Shown in pieces: positions 39,817 through 51,688 of a stretch of DNA of 64,000 nt. The position numbers and the translations under genes are program-made. Position 1 is the stretch's first letter; every line of letters starts with the position of its first letter. The notes under the pieces are model-generated. The model searched no databases. It saw nothing but the letters and a program-made list of their open reading frames with translations, and was not told the DNA's origin. This DNA is from Utricularia gibba (lineage: Eukaryota > Plantae > Magnoliophyta), in NCBI GenBank assembly GCA_002189035.1, contig NEEC01000009.1, positions 1,364,001 to 1,428,000 on the forward strand, read 5' to 3'.

Positions 39817-40797
39817 TCAAATCCCTTCGTCTGTCCAAAGCTTCATCTTTGACAATGGCGTCCTCAAGTACCCCTCCACCTCAAATTTCTTAGGGGATAA
39901 TTTTCTGTACTTGTCAAACTGTTCCCTGGCCTCTGCACGCCTATCAGTTAACGTAAAGATCATTCCTTTGCAAAAGTATGGCCGAAAATCAGATGGATCC
40001 TCTTTCACTAACTCATCATAGCTTGCCAAGGCTTCATCAACGTTCTTGTGAAGAAACTGCATTTGCGCCATTATCAGCTTTACATCTCTAGCTTCTTTCA
40101 GCCTCCCTTCACTCTCTGCGACTCTTAGAGCCTCCTCTAACCGACCCATCACAGATTCCCTCTCGCCGGACCTGTCCATCAACAACGCATTCTCGAACAA
40201 AGCTTCAAACGACAGGGGATTAGTAGCCAAAATGTCTTCAAATGCTGCCCGGGCTTCCTCTGTTTTTCCTATTTCACTCAAAAGCCTAGCCATTAAGAAC
40301 TTCAATTCAAGATTCTCGGGTTGAGCGGCTGTTAGTTTCCTTAACATGGCTAAGCTCTCTTCGTCCTCGCCGGCTTCCAGCTTCTCTTGAAGAAGCTTTT
40401 TCAACGCCTCCATGGTCTCCGGATTGGAACTCAGCAACTGGGTCAGGGGCGAACCGCCTCCAGACATCGAGCCCTCACTCAATGAATCTTCAGTTACCGG
40501 AGTCGGTGGCGCAACCGTCGCCCTAACATGCAAATTCGCGAAGCCCCCGAATGTAGCCGCCGCCAAAATCACGGCACATGCAGCGGTTCTAATCTGGGGA
40601 ATGCAGAAGTTATTCGCGGCCGACGGATTCGAATCGCCCGAAGCAGTAGCTTGACAAGCGAAAACTGTCGTCTTTGGTGGAAACACGAGGTATGGCGCGC
40701 GGAGATGGAGATTCGCGTAGGAGGAGCGTGGGAGAGACGGTGGCCTAAAAACAGGAAGCGTGGGGGGCGACAATCGAATCTGCATAGCGGAATCCAT
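39817..40797 (-). CDS. SG1: SLOW GREEN 1-like chloroplast TPR protein, intronless
   Basis: Transit-peptide-like N-terminus; NPLSFEALFENALLMDRSG, KEARDVKLIMAQ, DFRPYFCKG, SPKKFEVEGYLRTPLSKMKL. Confidence 0.88.
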   Translation of the reverse strand: MDSAMQIRLSPPTLPVFRPPSLPRSSYANLHLRAPYLVFPPKTTVFACQATASGDSNPSAANNFCIPQIRTAACAVILAAATFGGFANLHVRATVAPPTPVTEDSLSEGSMSGGGSPLTQLLSSNPETMEALKKLLQEKLEAGEDEESLAMLRKLTAAQPENLELKFLMARLLSEIGKTEEARAAFEDILATNPLSFEALFENALLMDRSGERESVMGRLEEALRVAESEGRLKEARDVKLIMAQMQFLHKNVDEALASYDELVKEDPSDFRPYFCKGMIFTLTDRRAEAREQFDKYRKLSPKKFEVEGYLRTPLSKMKLWTDEGI

Positions 40798-41541
40798 TTC
40801 GACGGCCAGGGCCGTGGTTCAGGGGACTCGTTGTTCCGCCGGAACTGAACGGGATCTACGGTTCTGGAGTCCGGAGATTAAAGACCCAAAGGAATGGGCC
40901 TAACGGCAACACTCTTAATGGGCTCTATCAACCCAAAACAAATAAATTTAATTATATACATATATATTTTTTCGTCAAAATTTTTTAATTAAGTCAAGCT
41001 TTTCCATGACCGTACTCAGTCAACTCTGGTGTGTAATTTTAGAAGAAAAAATGATATAAAATTGATATTGTGGGCCATCTTAAAAGTCAAAATTGAGAAG
41101 TAGACATTGTGTTTGTTTTGTAATTTCACATTATGTAAAATTGAATCAGTTTGAAATTGTAAAATTATTGAAACAGAAAACTATTGAGATAAATTAATTT
41201 ATTCAATATTAATTTTACCCTTAATTTACGCGCGTTTCAAAGTGATGCAAATTGAAGCTACTGCCACCCCCGTCCGCCGGGGCTAATTTACGCGCCGGCG
41301 CAATAAAGCACGCCGGGGGCCTCGATTTCTACCCTCCGGTGCGCGTTTTACGCAGTCAAGCTGAGTGAGGGTTACCTTATAAAAATGAACATTTGTCAAA
41401 TAAGTTTAGTACTGTCTGATAATAACGGAAAGTTTCTCGGATCGATCGAAGAGATTTCAGATTTGACTTGCGTCATTCGTGGCGGTCGTTGGCAATTCTA
41501 GACTAATTTTATTGTTTCCGGTGAGACTATCGGATCATAGC

Positions 41542-44500
41542 ATGGGCGGAGTGGCGTCGTCCCCGCGGTTGGGCGGCGGAGATAGGCCGCTAGAGAAGGC
41601 GGAGTACTTGATAGGAGAATTTGTCGGGAGAAATCATTTCCTCTGGGGTCTGATTACTGGCAGAGGCTTCTGGAGTTGCGTATCGATCTACGTTGGCGAT
41701 CGGATCGCGTTCTGCACGCTTGCCAGCACTTGGGTTTGTGCACTCTTACTTTTATGAAATTCTGCGGAAACTTTCCTGTGTTTTTTTGTCGTCGAGCTTT
41801 GTTATGCACCAGTTTGGGTTTACTTGATGATGTCAGTTGTCAAGGAGATTGGGTTTTCTTTTTGAAAAGCGGTACCTGAGATCAAACTCGGACAAATTGG
41901 CTTGTTAGTTTTGCGATTGCCCCTTCTTTTATTTCTTTTCGGTTCACTTTGGTTTGTTCCATTGCCTTTTCGTTTAACGCGTCTTATATGGTTTTGGGAT
42001 ATATTGACTTTCAGCCATGAATAACCATAGCACGCGACACCTTGCAAAGATACTAATTCACTTGGCGTGGTGCTTGCAAGAGTGTCTTTCTGTTTCATGG
42101 CCATCCCCTTCATTTTCAAGAGCTCTTAATGCTCTGTGCATATCTTCTGTGTTTCTTAAATATCTCATTGAGGAGTCTAACAGCGACAGCTTTGAAGAAC
42201 TGTACCTATGCCTGGATGAAACGGAGCCCCTTCCAAAGAATTTCTCCAAAGGTTATATGTTCACCTTCAAAATCTTTCTTTTTATATATGGATGGGTAGT
42301 AATGCTTTCCAGTATCAAATTATTTTCTTCATCCATTCTTTTGTTGCTATGCAATGGTGAACGGATTTCTCTAACTTACTCCATCTATCCATCTTCTGAA
42401 TCCTACTGGTACAGGAGAAACAGTTGAGAGCCTAGTGATGCGCAGTGTTTTTAAATTTATTGGCAGAGTTGATGTCAGGTAAGCTAATGATTAGTGTCAC
42501 CTTGATGGATGCTCCGCCACTGTTGATGAGATTGGTTGTGGCTTCACCATGTCTTCATACCTTCTGCATACTATCTCGTAAAAGTATTTTTTCTCCTGTA
42601 GCTCTGGAACCTATCTTCTTCATCAACAACTTCTTCATTTCGTAGCAATCACCATGTCAACACAACTTCTTTCTTGTCCGTCACCAGGACCAAGTGACAC
42701 ACACCCGTTTATTGATTCAGCAATGATCCTGGTAGGATTCTTTGAGTGCGGAAGTTTCATTGTACTAAGCAATTATTCCGTCTGAAAAGGATCAATTTTT
42801 TCAGGAAAGCACTGTGGTTAACTTGGTAGTCCGCAAGTTGTTGATGAATTACTTAATAAGGCCACGTCTTTTTCTGGACGGTTCATTTTCCCAATTATCT
42901 TTCGAACGAAATGAAACCAGCTTATTGCCGAAAGTTGGCTTTGCAGCAGGTATGACTCCTTGCAGACATGCTTTCTTTTTTGGAAAGTTGTACCACATGA
43001 AGAATGACCGCGAATGGAAGCAATTCATCATATGTTATTTTATCCTTAACTGTTTTCAGCATGTGATCTGGTTCTCATCATTCTTATGTTTACAGCATGC
43101 TTGATGCGGCTGCCGCTAAATTACTCGGTCACATCAAAATCTGAAGCTTGGCAAAGAGTACTTGCTGAAGCGAGTCTAAATGTGTTACTTTTACTGTGCA
43201 ATTTCCGGAGAAGCATACCAGAAGAGTATATTCAGGACATGCTGGACAACAGAAATTGCAAGCCCTTCGAGAAGGAAGAGCCATGCTTTTCTGAAAACCC
43301 TTTCTACAAGGCATTGGAAAATGTTCAGGATACAGAATGTAATTCGCAACAGTGAACTCGTATTTGGTTCGTTTAGAATTTATTACATTTTTTTGTCTGT
43401 ACTGCTCCGTATGTTCATGCAGTTGATCGCACTGACCTAGAGGTTAATGCACATAATTTCCCAATCGTGAGGATACCTTTTGCATCTCTATTTGACAGCC
43501 TTGGGATGTAAGTGCTCACATTTTCGATGCTTTGCTTTGAACATGGCTTTATAATGAATATGTCGAGTGTATATAAATTTATGTATATGATTTTTTTCCA
43601 AGTTTCCTGGCAGACGAAGCCTCTGTCCTGTTGCTTTACTTGCTTGTACATGGAAATCCAAGCTTTTTAGAGTATACTCTGGTCAGAACTGATATCGACA
43701 CACTGGTAAGTTTGATAGTTGCGAATTTCACTTTTCTTACTGATATGGTTTATCCGTAGAGAACCTTGAAATGTGTTTGTAATTGCAAAATGATGCCTTA
43801 GGTTGTGGATTGATACGCTCCCTTGCTCTGCATGTTCTTCCGTGTCTAAATGGTGTATTGTGTTCTTTTTTTAGATGTTTTTAATATAAAATTTCTCAGC
43901 CTTGGATTTTATCCTTGAATAATTTCTTACTTGTTTGCAGAGAAATTATGTGCAATCACCATTATATATGATTAGCAGTGTGAAAAGTTTTTCTAGATGT
44001 TTTTGAGTTTTGGGAATAAGTTTCACAAATTTGTGCTCTTAAATTTGTTTAATTTCTGTTGTCACCAATTTTCAGATATTCCTTTTTCATAAAACAGTTG
44101 ATGCCGATGCTCGAGACTCTTTATAATGCTCCAGCAATGATGCCAAATCACATTTATATGGTGATCGTAATTTTGCTCATTTTAAGTCAGGATCACTGTT
44201 TCAGTGCTAGTATTCACAGAGCGGTAAAAATGGCCTCAGCTCACATATTATTATGGAGTTGTTTCGTGCTAAAACTTGAAAAAGCATTCTTTTGTAGATT
44301 CTTCCAAACATTTCGTGGTACAAAGAATGCCGTCTTAATCAAACTTCTCTGGGCTCTTTTATGGTGGTAATTTTGATTAGGACTGTAAGATACGATCTTT
44401 TTAAAATGCAGGTTGGGCTCTGGCTCTTGCCCTTTCTGATAGCTTTTAAAAACTTTTGCTATGTTCTGATTGCATAAAATAATTCAGTTTGCCTCACATT

Positions 44501-45896
44501 TGAAACAGGATGTTTATCTCCTTACAAGTTGTCTAGCAACTTTGGCAAATTTAGCACCACACGCACATCATCTTAGCTCATATGCATCGCAGCAGTTGGT
44601 TAGCCTTTTCTGTGTGCTTTCTCACAAGTACGTCAACCCTTGTTCCAGCTGCTTGTAGTTTGGTATCTTGAGTTAAGCTTTTCATATCATGTTCTAGTTA
44701 TGTGTCTAAGTTGGGTAAATATATTTCAATATATAGGTACAATAAACTAGCTGAAATCGAAAATGCCAAAACGATAATTTCAAATGGTGATCTCATTGGA
44801 GACAACTTTCTGGATGATACTGTAATGAAGTTTTTCTATGACTACCATGTTTTCCGAAGATGAAATAAATATTTTTTTTGAGATTCATTTACTGCTTTGA
44901 AGTCAGCAGACTTGCATATATGCACCGATTTCTTGAGACATGCGCTGGAGATTTTGAATACAATTCTAACCTACGCATTACCAAGAAACCCTGAGGTGGG
45001 TGGATTCAGTTGAACGTTATTCCTTCTGATTCATGTTTTCTGTTCGCTGACAAGCCCTAGAGTATGAGTATTCAACTGAATCCGGTTTTCCAGGTTGTGT
45101 ATGCGATTATGCAGAGGCAGGAAGTTTTTCTTCCTTTTAAAAATCACCCTCGTTTCAATGAGGTGTTGGAGAACATATACACCGTGAGTGTTCTTTTTTA
45201 TTCTCTATGATTTTGTCGAATCATCCACCAAGTTGCGATTGCGCTGTTGATAGAAGCCTGCTGTAAAAAAAAAAAAGGCCCCCGCTTTCTTCCTCATATG
45301 ATATTCGACCCACTCATCTCTATCACAGGTCCTGGATTTCTTCAACGAACGAGTTGATGCTGATAAGACGGACGGTGATTGGTGTGTAGAGAAAGTGCTC
45401 CAAGTGATAATACAGCACAGCCGATCATGGAGGGGAGTGGGCATGAAAGTAAGGCGCAACAACTCATTCGCTTTGCTGCGTTCCCTTTTTAATCCTTTCA
45501 TGACACCCTATTTCACTATTGGAACAGCTTTTCTCTCAGTTGCATTTCACCTACGAAGAAGAGAAGCATCCTGAAGAATTCTTTATTCCTCATGTTTGGC
45601 AGCTTATCCTGTCAAAAGGGTATAAAAATTGTCCATTTTGCATTCCTTTTTTCCTCATCAACTTAACCACCATTTTGACCTTGTTTCATGCAGTCATATA
45701 AGTTTCAATCTTGGTAGCATACGCTTGTTCCCCGTGACTGTTGATGTAAGTTCCTACCACCCTTCGTTTTTGTTGTCTGATATTTAAAAATTGACCTGCC
45801 TGCGTTAAAAACAAATGTTGATGGCATTTTCAGGATAATACAGAACACAAGAAGCAATTGAACAGACTCCCAAGTAACGAGGATGTCTTCCACTAA
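41542..45896 (+). CDS. DYM: Dymeclin, about 18 exons; apparent -1 frameshift at 41637-41641
   Basis: MGG myristoylation-type start; [66 protein letters not shown]; the last exon ends NEDVFH*. Confidence 0.9.
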
Positions 45897-47438
45897 TACT
45901 AGCAACCAATTCAGAAATAATTTTGTACAGCACTCACACACACCCACCATATGGCCATAACTATTTGCTTTTTTTTCTCCCGAGCATGTCCAATATGTTA
46001 CCCAACTGTGAAACATTTATTTACAATTACATTGTGGGGACTGGATATTCAATGAATGCCGGAAGAGGAGCATTTGCCGTTGACAATCTATTTAGTAATC
46101 ACTAGTATTTATGCAATGACTTTTGTAGTGAAGAAACCGTGAGCTGTGTCTCTACTTTTTTGCATAATTTCTTGAAGGTATGTCCGATCAGCCTATTGAC
46201 TCAATGTGAACATGAAATCCATTCTCTTGATGCTGTTTTGGATTACTCCTCAGAATGCTTCTGCACATTCACGGGCATCTTCTTAGTCAAGTATGCGACA
46301 TTTTTCTTCTAAGGTTAGCGATGGAAGGGTCCGGAGGATTCCGGTACACCCTCATCGGATTCTTGTAAAATGTCACGAAGCTCCGGTATGATCGGTCATT
46401 AGATGGGTTATGGGAGTTGGAAATGAATGGCTTTGTACATCTACGGTGATGAAATGTCTTCTCTATGTGCACCAACACAAACATCTTCATGGTAATGCCT
46501 AAACCATAAGTACTTAGCACCACACAGCTCCCTTTTCTGAACTTACGAGTCTCACATTTCATGTCATCAGGTTAGTAAACCAGAACTACTTGCTGTGGAA
46601 AGAAATTGATCGAGTTTAGGGGGTCATCATTGATTGGCTTTATGCAGACAGACCCCATCTTCCCTGCTCCCTACTTCATAGAATCTAGCAGGAAGATAGT
46701 ACGACACAGCATGTGGGATTTGAATAATTCTGCAGAATGCTGCGCTGCATTAGAGGAGAGGAGAGGAGGATTAATAAAAGCTGCTCAGCGTCTCCAGAAG
46801 GGTTAATTGGCTGATCCAATCCCCACCTTTGCAAGAACAAAGAAGCAGAGGAGGGGTTTGTGAATTGAATGCATCTGCAACCCTATTCTACGCAACACTA
46901 ATTCCTGCAGCTGAAAAAGCAAAAGCTGGATCTTCAAGAGAAGCAACTCGAATCTCGCAGCTGGCTGACTTGACTGATCTTCTTGATGCAAACCCACCAG
47001 TCGCTTATGTAGCGGCAGCACATTAACTAACCCTCTGCCTGGTTAGTTGGTTCGTATTCAAAAGTGAAGAGACCGGGACACTGTAAGAACCCTTCATCGT
47101 TAATGAATGAACATTCAAAATAAAAATTTCCCTGTCTATACCTCTCACCATCTCCCCTGATAACATGTTGCAGTGAGGGTAAGCATGTCCCAAGTTCCAA
47201 CATCATGCTTGGATCTTCTTATATAGTATCCTCAATACACTATCCGATAGAATGACAGAAGCTTGAGACATCCATGATTTCATAGTCTTCTCTTCGAAAT
47301 GTTTTTTTTTTCTTTTTTCTCTGGTTGCTATATATATGTATGTGCCTCCTTCCACAGATGAAGAATGTGAGACACAGCTGATCAAATATAAGAACGTGAA
47401 GCACAGAGAGAGGGGGAGAATTGTAGCAGTTTTGATGA

Positions 47439-47546
47439 AGACAGGGGTGCAAGAGCTTGTGGTGAAGCTGCCAGCATGATCTTAACTATCCTTCTTCATG
47501 GGGAAAGATCAGATCATGCGGCAGTCTCATCTCATGCTCCTTGTCT
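47439..47546 (+). ncRNA. MIR167: MIR167 precursor hairpin (mature 5p 47463-47483, star about 47511-47531)
   Basis: TGAAGCTGCCAGCATGATCTT matches the conserved miR167 sequence. The complementary arm AGATCATGCGGCAGTCTCATC follows a 27-nt loop, the lower stem pairs, and a TATA-like element lies near 47330. Confidence 0.95.
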
Positions 47547-47820
47547 CCGCACGCAAACTCCCTGCCTCCTGCTTATTCTTCTTCTTCTTATTGTTGTTTT
47601 TCATTAGGGTTTCATTACAGATGATGCGGCAGTCTCGTCTCATGCGCCTTGCCTCCACGCACAACCTCCCTGCTTTCTTCTTCTTCTGTTGTCACTAGGG
47701 CTTCATTACAACCTCTGCCATTCTCTTCTTGTCCCGTGATTACATTCTCCGGCTTCCTTATTCTTCTTCTTTAACTAGGGTTTCATGACAATCTCTGCCA
47801 TTCTCTTTCTGTCCAGGGAT
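47511..47820 (+). repeat. Diverged tandem repeat (about 108-bp period) beginning at the miR167 star arm, with recurring TAGGGTTTCAT-like motifs
   Basis: 47511-47618 realigns with 47619 onward. CTAGGG(C/T)TTCAT(T/G)ACAA(C/T)CTCTGCCATTCTCT recurs near 47696 and 47775. Confidence 0.85.
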
Positions 47821-48331
47821 TGATTCCTTTCTCCGATTCTGGTACAGTCTGCACCGTAGGAGCTCCCTGGTTTCATGGGGTCCTTTGGTTTCTAGAATAA
47901 GAAAGGATGCAGATTTCCGCTCTCGTTTCATGCCCTCTGCGCAGTTTAGGAGTAGTCGTGGAAGCCAACTGAAAAGCTCTGCATCTCTGAACTTAGGCTC
48001 TTGTCTCCATAGCCATACGCCTCAGGCGTGAAGCATTGCCTGTAATGCCTTCCTTAATATTTAATTATATTATATGATAATATTACTCACAAAAAAAGAA
48101 ATCTAAAATTCCCTTTTAACGAATTGGCCTGGATTCATCGCGTTTTGGAATAATTGGTAACTTGTACAAGTGTGACGCTTTTGGGAATCTTCATGACTGA
48201 ATGGCATGCCCCGAGTGTCCAGATTCATCCCCCCAAAACTGGCTATAAATTAATTCTCGTTAGGCTGCGCTCCGCAACCGCTCTCGGAGCCCCAGCGGTC
48301 TAACCGAGCCAACCAAGGGAGACCAAGAAAG

Positions 48332-50109
48332 ATGGCATCCATGGCGGTTTCTTTTCAGATGAAATCTCCCTACGCAAGCCTCAATTTCACCCGGAAAACG
48401 TATTTCGCTCCGCCTAGGAGTGTCTCCCTCCGCCGCAGAGGAAGCGCGGTTTCGGCGTCGTTGATCGAACCCGATGGCGGGAGGCTGGTGGAGCTGTTGG
48501 TCAAGGAATCCGATAAGAACGCGAAAATTAAGGAGGCACTGAGTCTTCCCAAGATTAGGATTTCGACGATAGATCTCCAATGGGTTCACGTCCTGAGCGA
48601 GGGGTGGGCGAGCCCCTTGAAGGGGTTCATGAGAGAATCCGAGTTCCTCCAAACACTTCATTTCAATTCGCTACGTCTCCAGGACGACTCGGTTGTCAAT
48701 ATGTCAGTTCCCATTGTACTGGCAATAGACGACGAACAGAAGGTCCGAGTCGGATCTTCAGCCGCCGTCGCGCTCGTCGATGAAAGGAATGAGGTTGTCG
48801 CCATTTTGAACGAGTAAGCACGTTTTTTGTTCTTGTTGTTTCATTTGATGCTACTATTGGGGGTCAATAGTTTATAAAATGGTGCAATAAAAAGTACCGC
48901 TGCTTGGGTATTGTCCCGTTGTTTTATATATCTGCAATATGAAAAAGAGCGAGGAAAGGGGCATTGCAATGAATTTGTGACTTGATCTTGCATGATGATG
49001 AAGCATTGAGATATACGCACACAACAAAGAAGAAAGGATCGCCAGGACTTGGGGAACAACCGCACCTGGTCTCCCTTACGTTGAGGAAGCCATAAGGGGT
49101 GCCGGAAACTGGCTGATTGGAGGTGATTTGGAAGTGATTAAGCGCATCAAATACGATGATGGGTTAGACCATTTTCGTCTTTCCCCGTCGGAGCTGAGGA
49201 AAGAGTTCGAAAGGCGCAACGCTGATGCTGTTTTTGTGTTCCAGCTGAGGAATCCAGTGCACAATGGGCATGCTCTGTTGATGACAGACACCAGGCGCCG
49301 ACTTCTCGAGATGGGGTATAAGAATCCCATTCTCCTGCTTCATCCTTTGGGAGGCTACACCAAAGCTGATGATGTTCCACTCAGCTGGCGAATGAAGCAG
49401 CACGAAAAGGTTAGGTTTTCCATTGGATGACAATGATGCGTTCTTAGCCAGGGGTTAACAACAATGCTGTGGATTAGGTGCTTGAAGATGGCGTCCTTGA
49501 TCCAGAAACGACAGTAGTTTCAATTTTCCCGTCGCCAATGCACTACGCGGGACCAACTGAGGTGCAATGGCATGCCAAGGCAAGAATCAACGCCGGTGCC
49601 AACTTCTACATTGTTGGCAGGGACCCTGCAGGGATGGGCCACCCGACTGAAAAACGAGACCTCTATTACCCTGATCATGGCAAGAAAGTACTCAGCATGG
49701 CCCCTGGATTGGAGCGACTCAATATTCTCCCATTCAAGGTACGCCATAGATATTGAATGGTCCTTACCATAAGCAAGAAAAGTAAGCTTTTGTTTTGACA
49801 AATTGTTTCGATGAAGGTTGCTGCATATGACAAGACTGTGAGTAAAATGGCCTTCTTCGATCCATCGAGGGCTCAAGACTTCATCTTCATATCTGGCACT
49901 AAGGTACAACCCACATGAACCACCAACCAACCCATGAGCCATTCTGAATGCACTAATTGGTGGTTGCAGATGCGAACTCTGGCCAAGAACCGGGAGAACC
50001 CCCCGAGGGATTCATGTGCCCCGGTGGTTGGAAAGTATTGGTTGATTACTACGACAGCCTCGCACCGGAGAATGACTCAAAGCCTCAACCCGTTCCGGCG
50101 TCAGCTTGA
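48332..50109 (+). CDS. APS: ATP sulfurylase, plastid type, 5 exons; apparent -1 frameshift at 49999-50004
   Basis: [55 protein letters not shown] and ISGTKMRTLAK; the repaired C-terminus reads [15 protein letters not shown]...PASA*. Confidence 0.95.
48641..48661 (+). promoter_or_regulatory. miR395 target site in ATP sulfurylase exon 1
   Basis: GAGTTCCTCCAAACACTTCAT is complementary to miR395 (CUGAAGUGUUUGGGGGAACUC) with one G:U pair and one terminal mismatch. Confidence 0.9.
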
Positions 50110-51109
50110 TGGTGCAGCGGGCATTCTTCCTCCCTTCACAGTGAATAAAGCAATCCAGTGCTACCTTTTTTGTCTACATGCTGTGGCCATTTGTAAACAA
50201 TTTTTCAAGTACACAAAAATTTTCAAAATAAACAAAAGACCATAAAAGAAAATAAACATATTTGAAGATTAATAGCTCCTGGAAGAACAAAAATGATTGA
50301 TTAGTTTAAAATTTGAGAAAAAAGATTGATCATTATCTCCCTACATGGAGAATTCAAGTAGTGCAGTGCTGTGCTGTTTTATCGGGGTTGGGATGCTTCG
50401 CTTCGCCTTCACGTGGTAGGGGGGCATTGCGTCGGCGGGGGTTTATCAGGCCAACTCATGTTGAGCTAGGCAAGTGTGGGACCATCTGAGTTGGCTCGGC
50501 CAGGGGCTGATTCACAAGGTGCTGGTGGGTCGCATGATAGTGGGCAGACGCAGAGCCAGGTGGAAGACTAGTCCAGGAGTTGGCATGAACCACGGGCTGA
50601 TCCACTGAAGTTGGCCTGGGCCAATGCACGGTACACCGGTGTTGGGCAGAGCCACACGAGCTGGTCCACCAGATATGGGCTTGCGTTGGGCAGAATGGTC
50701 CACCATTCATGGGCCGCATCAGAGGCTGGAGGGACAGATGAAAAGCTGATCCACAACTATTGGGCCGAGACACGATCTAGTTCACCATTTTTGGGCTAGG
50801 CTTCCATTGGTGTTGGAAGGAGTCATGGGCCGATTTATCGAAACTGAGCTAGTGGATTGGGTCCACAACCGGGTAGGCCGGTGGCGGGCTGGACAACTGG
50901 GTGGCGATGAGCCATCTGCTTGTCGGCACGCACTGGTACACGGGGTTTGTCGGGGCTACGGCGTTCTGGGCCACGGGTTACCGTAAGTGCGATTGGATGG
51001 GTTTAGACCCTTGCGCGTCTGTGTCTGTGTCTGTGCACTGCACCCATCACCTTCGCAACTTGCAATGCATCGTCTGATTCAGGAGAGCGCGAGTTTTATT
51101 CAAAGTTAT

Positions 51110-51580
51110 TTAGTAAAACACCAACACCGAACCCATCATCATGGTGGGAGGTGCAACATCGGGCTCAGGCTCCGGTACTCCTGGTGCCTTCTCCGGCAAT
51201 ACTTCCGGTTTCACCTCTGGCTCTTCCGGCACCTTAGGAGGGAGCACATCTGGTGCCGGAGGTTTCACCTCCGGAAATTCCGGCTCTCGCCACGGCGATA
51301 CATACGGTTTTTCGCTTGGTATCTCCAGGGGTATTGGATCGAAGTCAGGGACATTGGGCACCCCCGGTATCTCCGATGGTAGCCCTGGCTGCATTGGCGG
51401 CGACCGTCCAGGCACCTCCGTTTGGCCGACTACTCGAAAAGAATGAACGACCCCGGCGTTCCGAAATCGATGGTTAATCAGTTTGACCTGAAATTTGGAG
51501 AGTGTCATCTGGATTTGACGTGAAGAGGTGAGGACCAAATTAGGTGATCGAGTAGGTGAAATCACTGCCGCCATGTTCAT
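51110..51580 (-). CDS. Uncharacterised Pro/Glu/Val-rich protein with a transit-peptide-like N-terminus, copy A (3' end uncertain, possible intron)
   Basis: 156-aa ORF conserved in frame with copy B. Ser/Thr/Arg-rich N-terminus followed by PE/PEV-rich repeats; a G-box lies upstream. Confidence 0.7.
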   Translation of the reverse strand: MNMAAVISPTRSPNLVLTSSRQIQMTLSKFQVKLINHRFRNAGVVHSFRVVGQTEVPGRSPPMQPGLPSEIPGVPNVPDFDPIPLEIPSEKPYVSPWREPEFPEVKPPAPDVLPPKVPEEPEVKPEVLPEKAPGVPEPEPDVAPPTMMMGSVLVFY

Positions 51581-51662
51581 CTCCTTTCTGGTAGCGGTGC
51601 GCGCCGCCCATTAAAACTGCAATGTCGGACACATGTCCATGAAGACTCGGGGTGTAGTCCTC

Positions 51663-51688
51663 CACGTGGTTCTCTTACAGGAAACGTG
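51663..51688. promoter_or_regulatory. G-box (CACGTG) + ACGTG pair upstream of Pro/Glu-rich gene A, conserved in copy B at 56565-56590
   Basis: TCCACGTGGTTCTC...GGAAACGTGTACC is retained in both copies about 85-110 bp upstream of the ATG. Confidence 0.6.

Noticed and set aside
46287-47026. Short ORFs (60-91 aa) between dymeclin and MIR167
   Set aside because: No recognisable domain or splice-consistent structure. They could be TE decay or pri-miRNA flank, but this cannot be supported without a search.
47253-47261. TGACAGAAG resembling the miR156 5' end
   Set aside because: Only 9 nt match, the rest diverges, and no complementary arm was found.
47859-47868. GGAGCTCCCT resembling a miR159/319 arm
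   Set aside because: The match stops at 10 nt and there is no partner arm.
50456-50799. ORFs in the GGCC-rich stretch after APS and its copy at 55550-56011
   Set aside because: The reading frames are not conserved between the two duplicate copies, unlike the real genes in the same unit.
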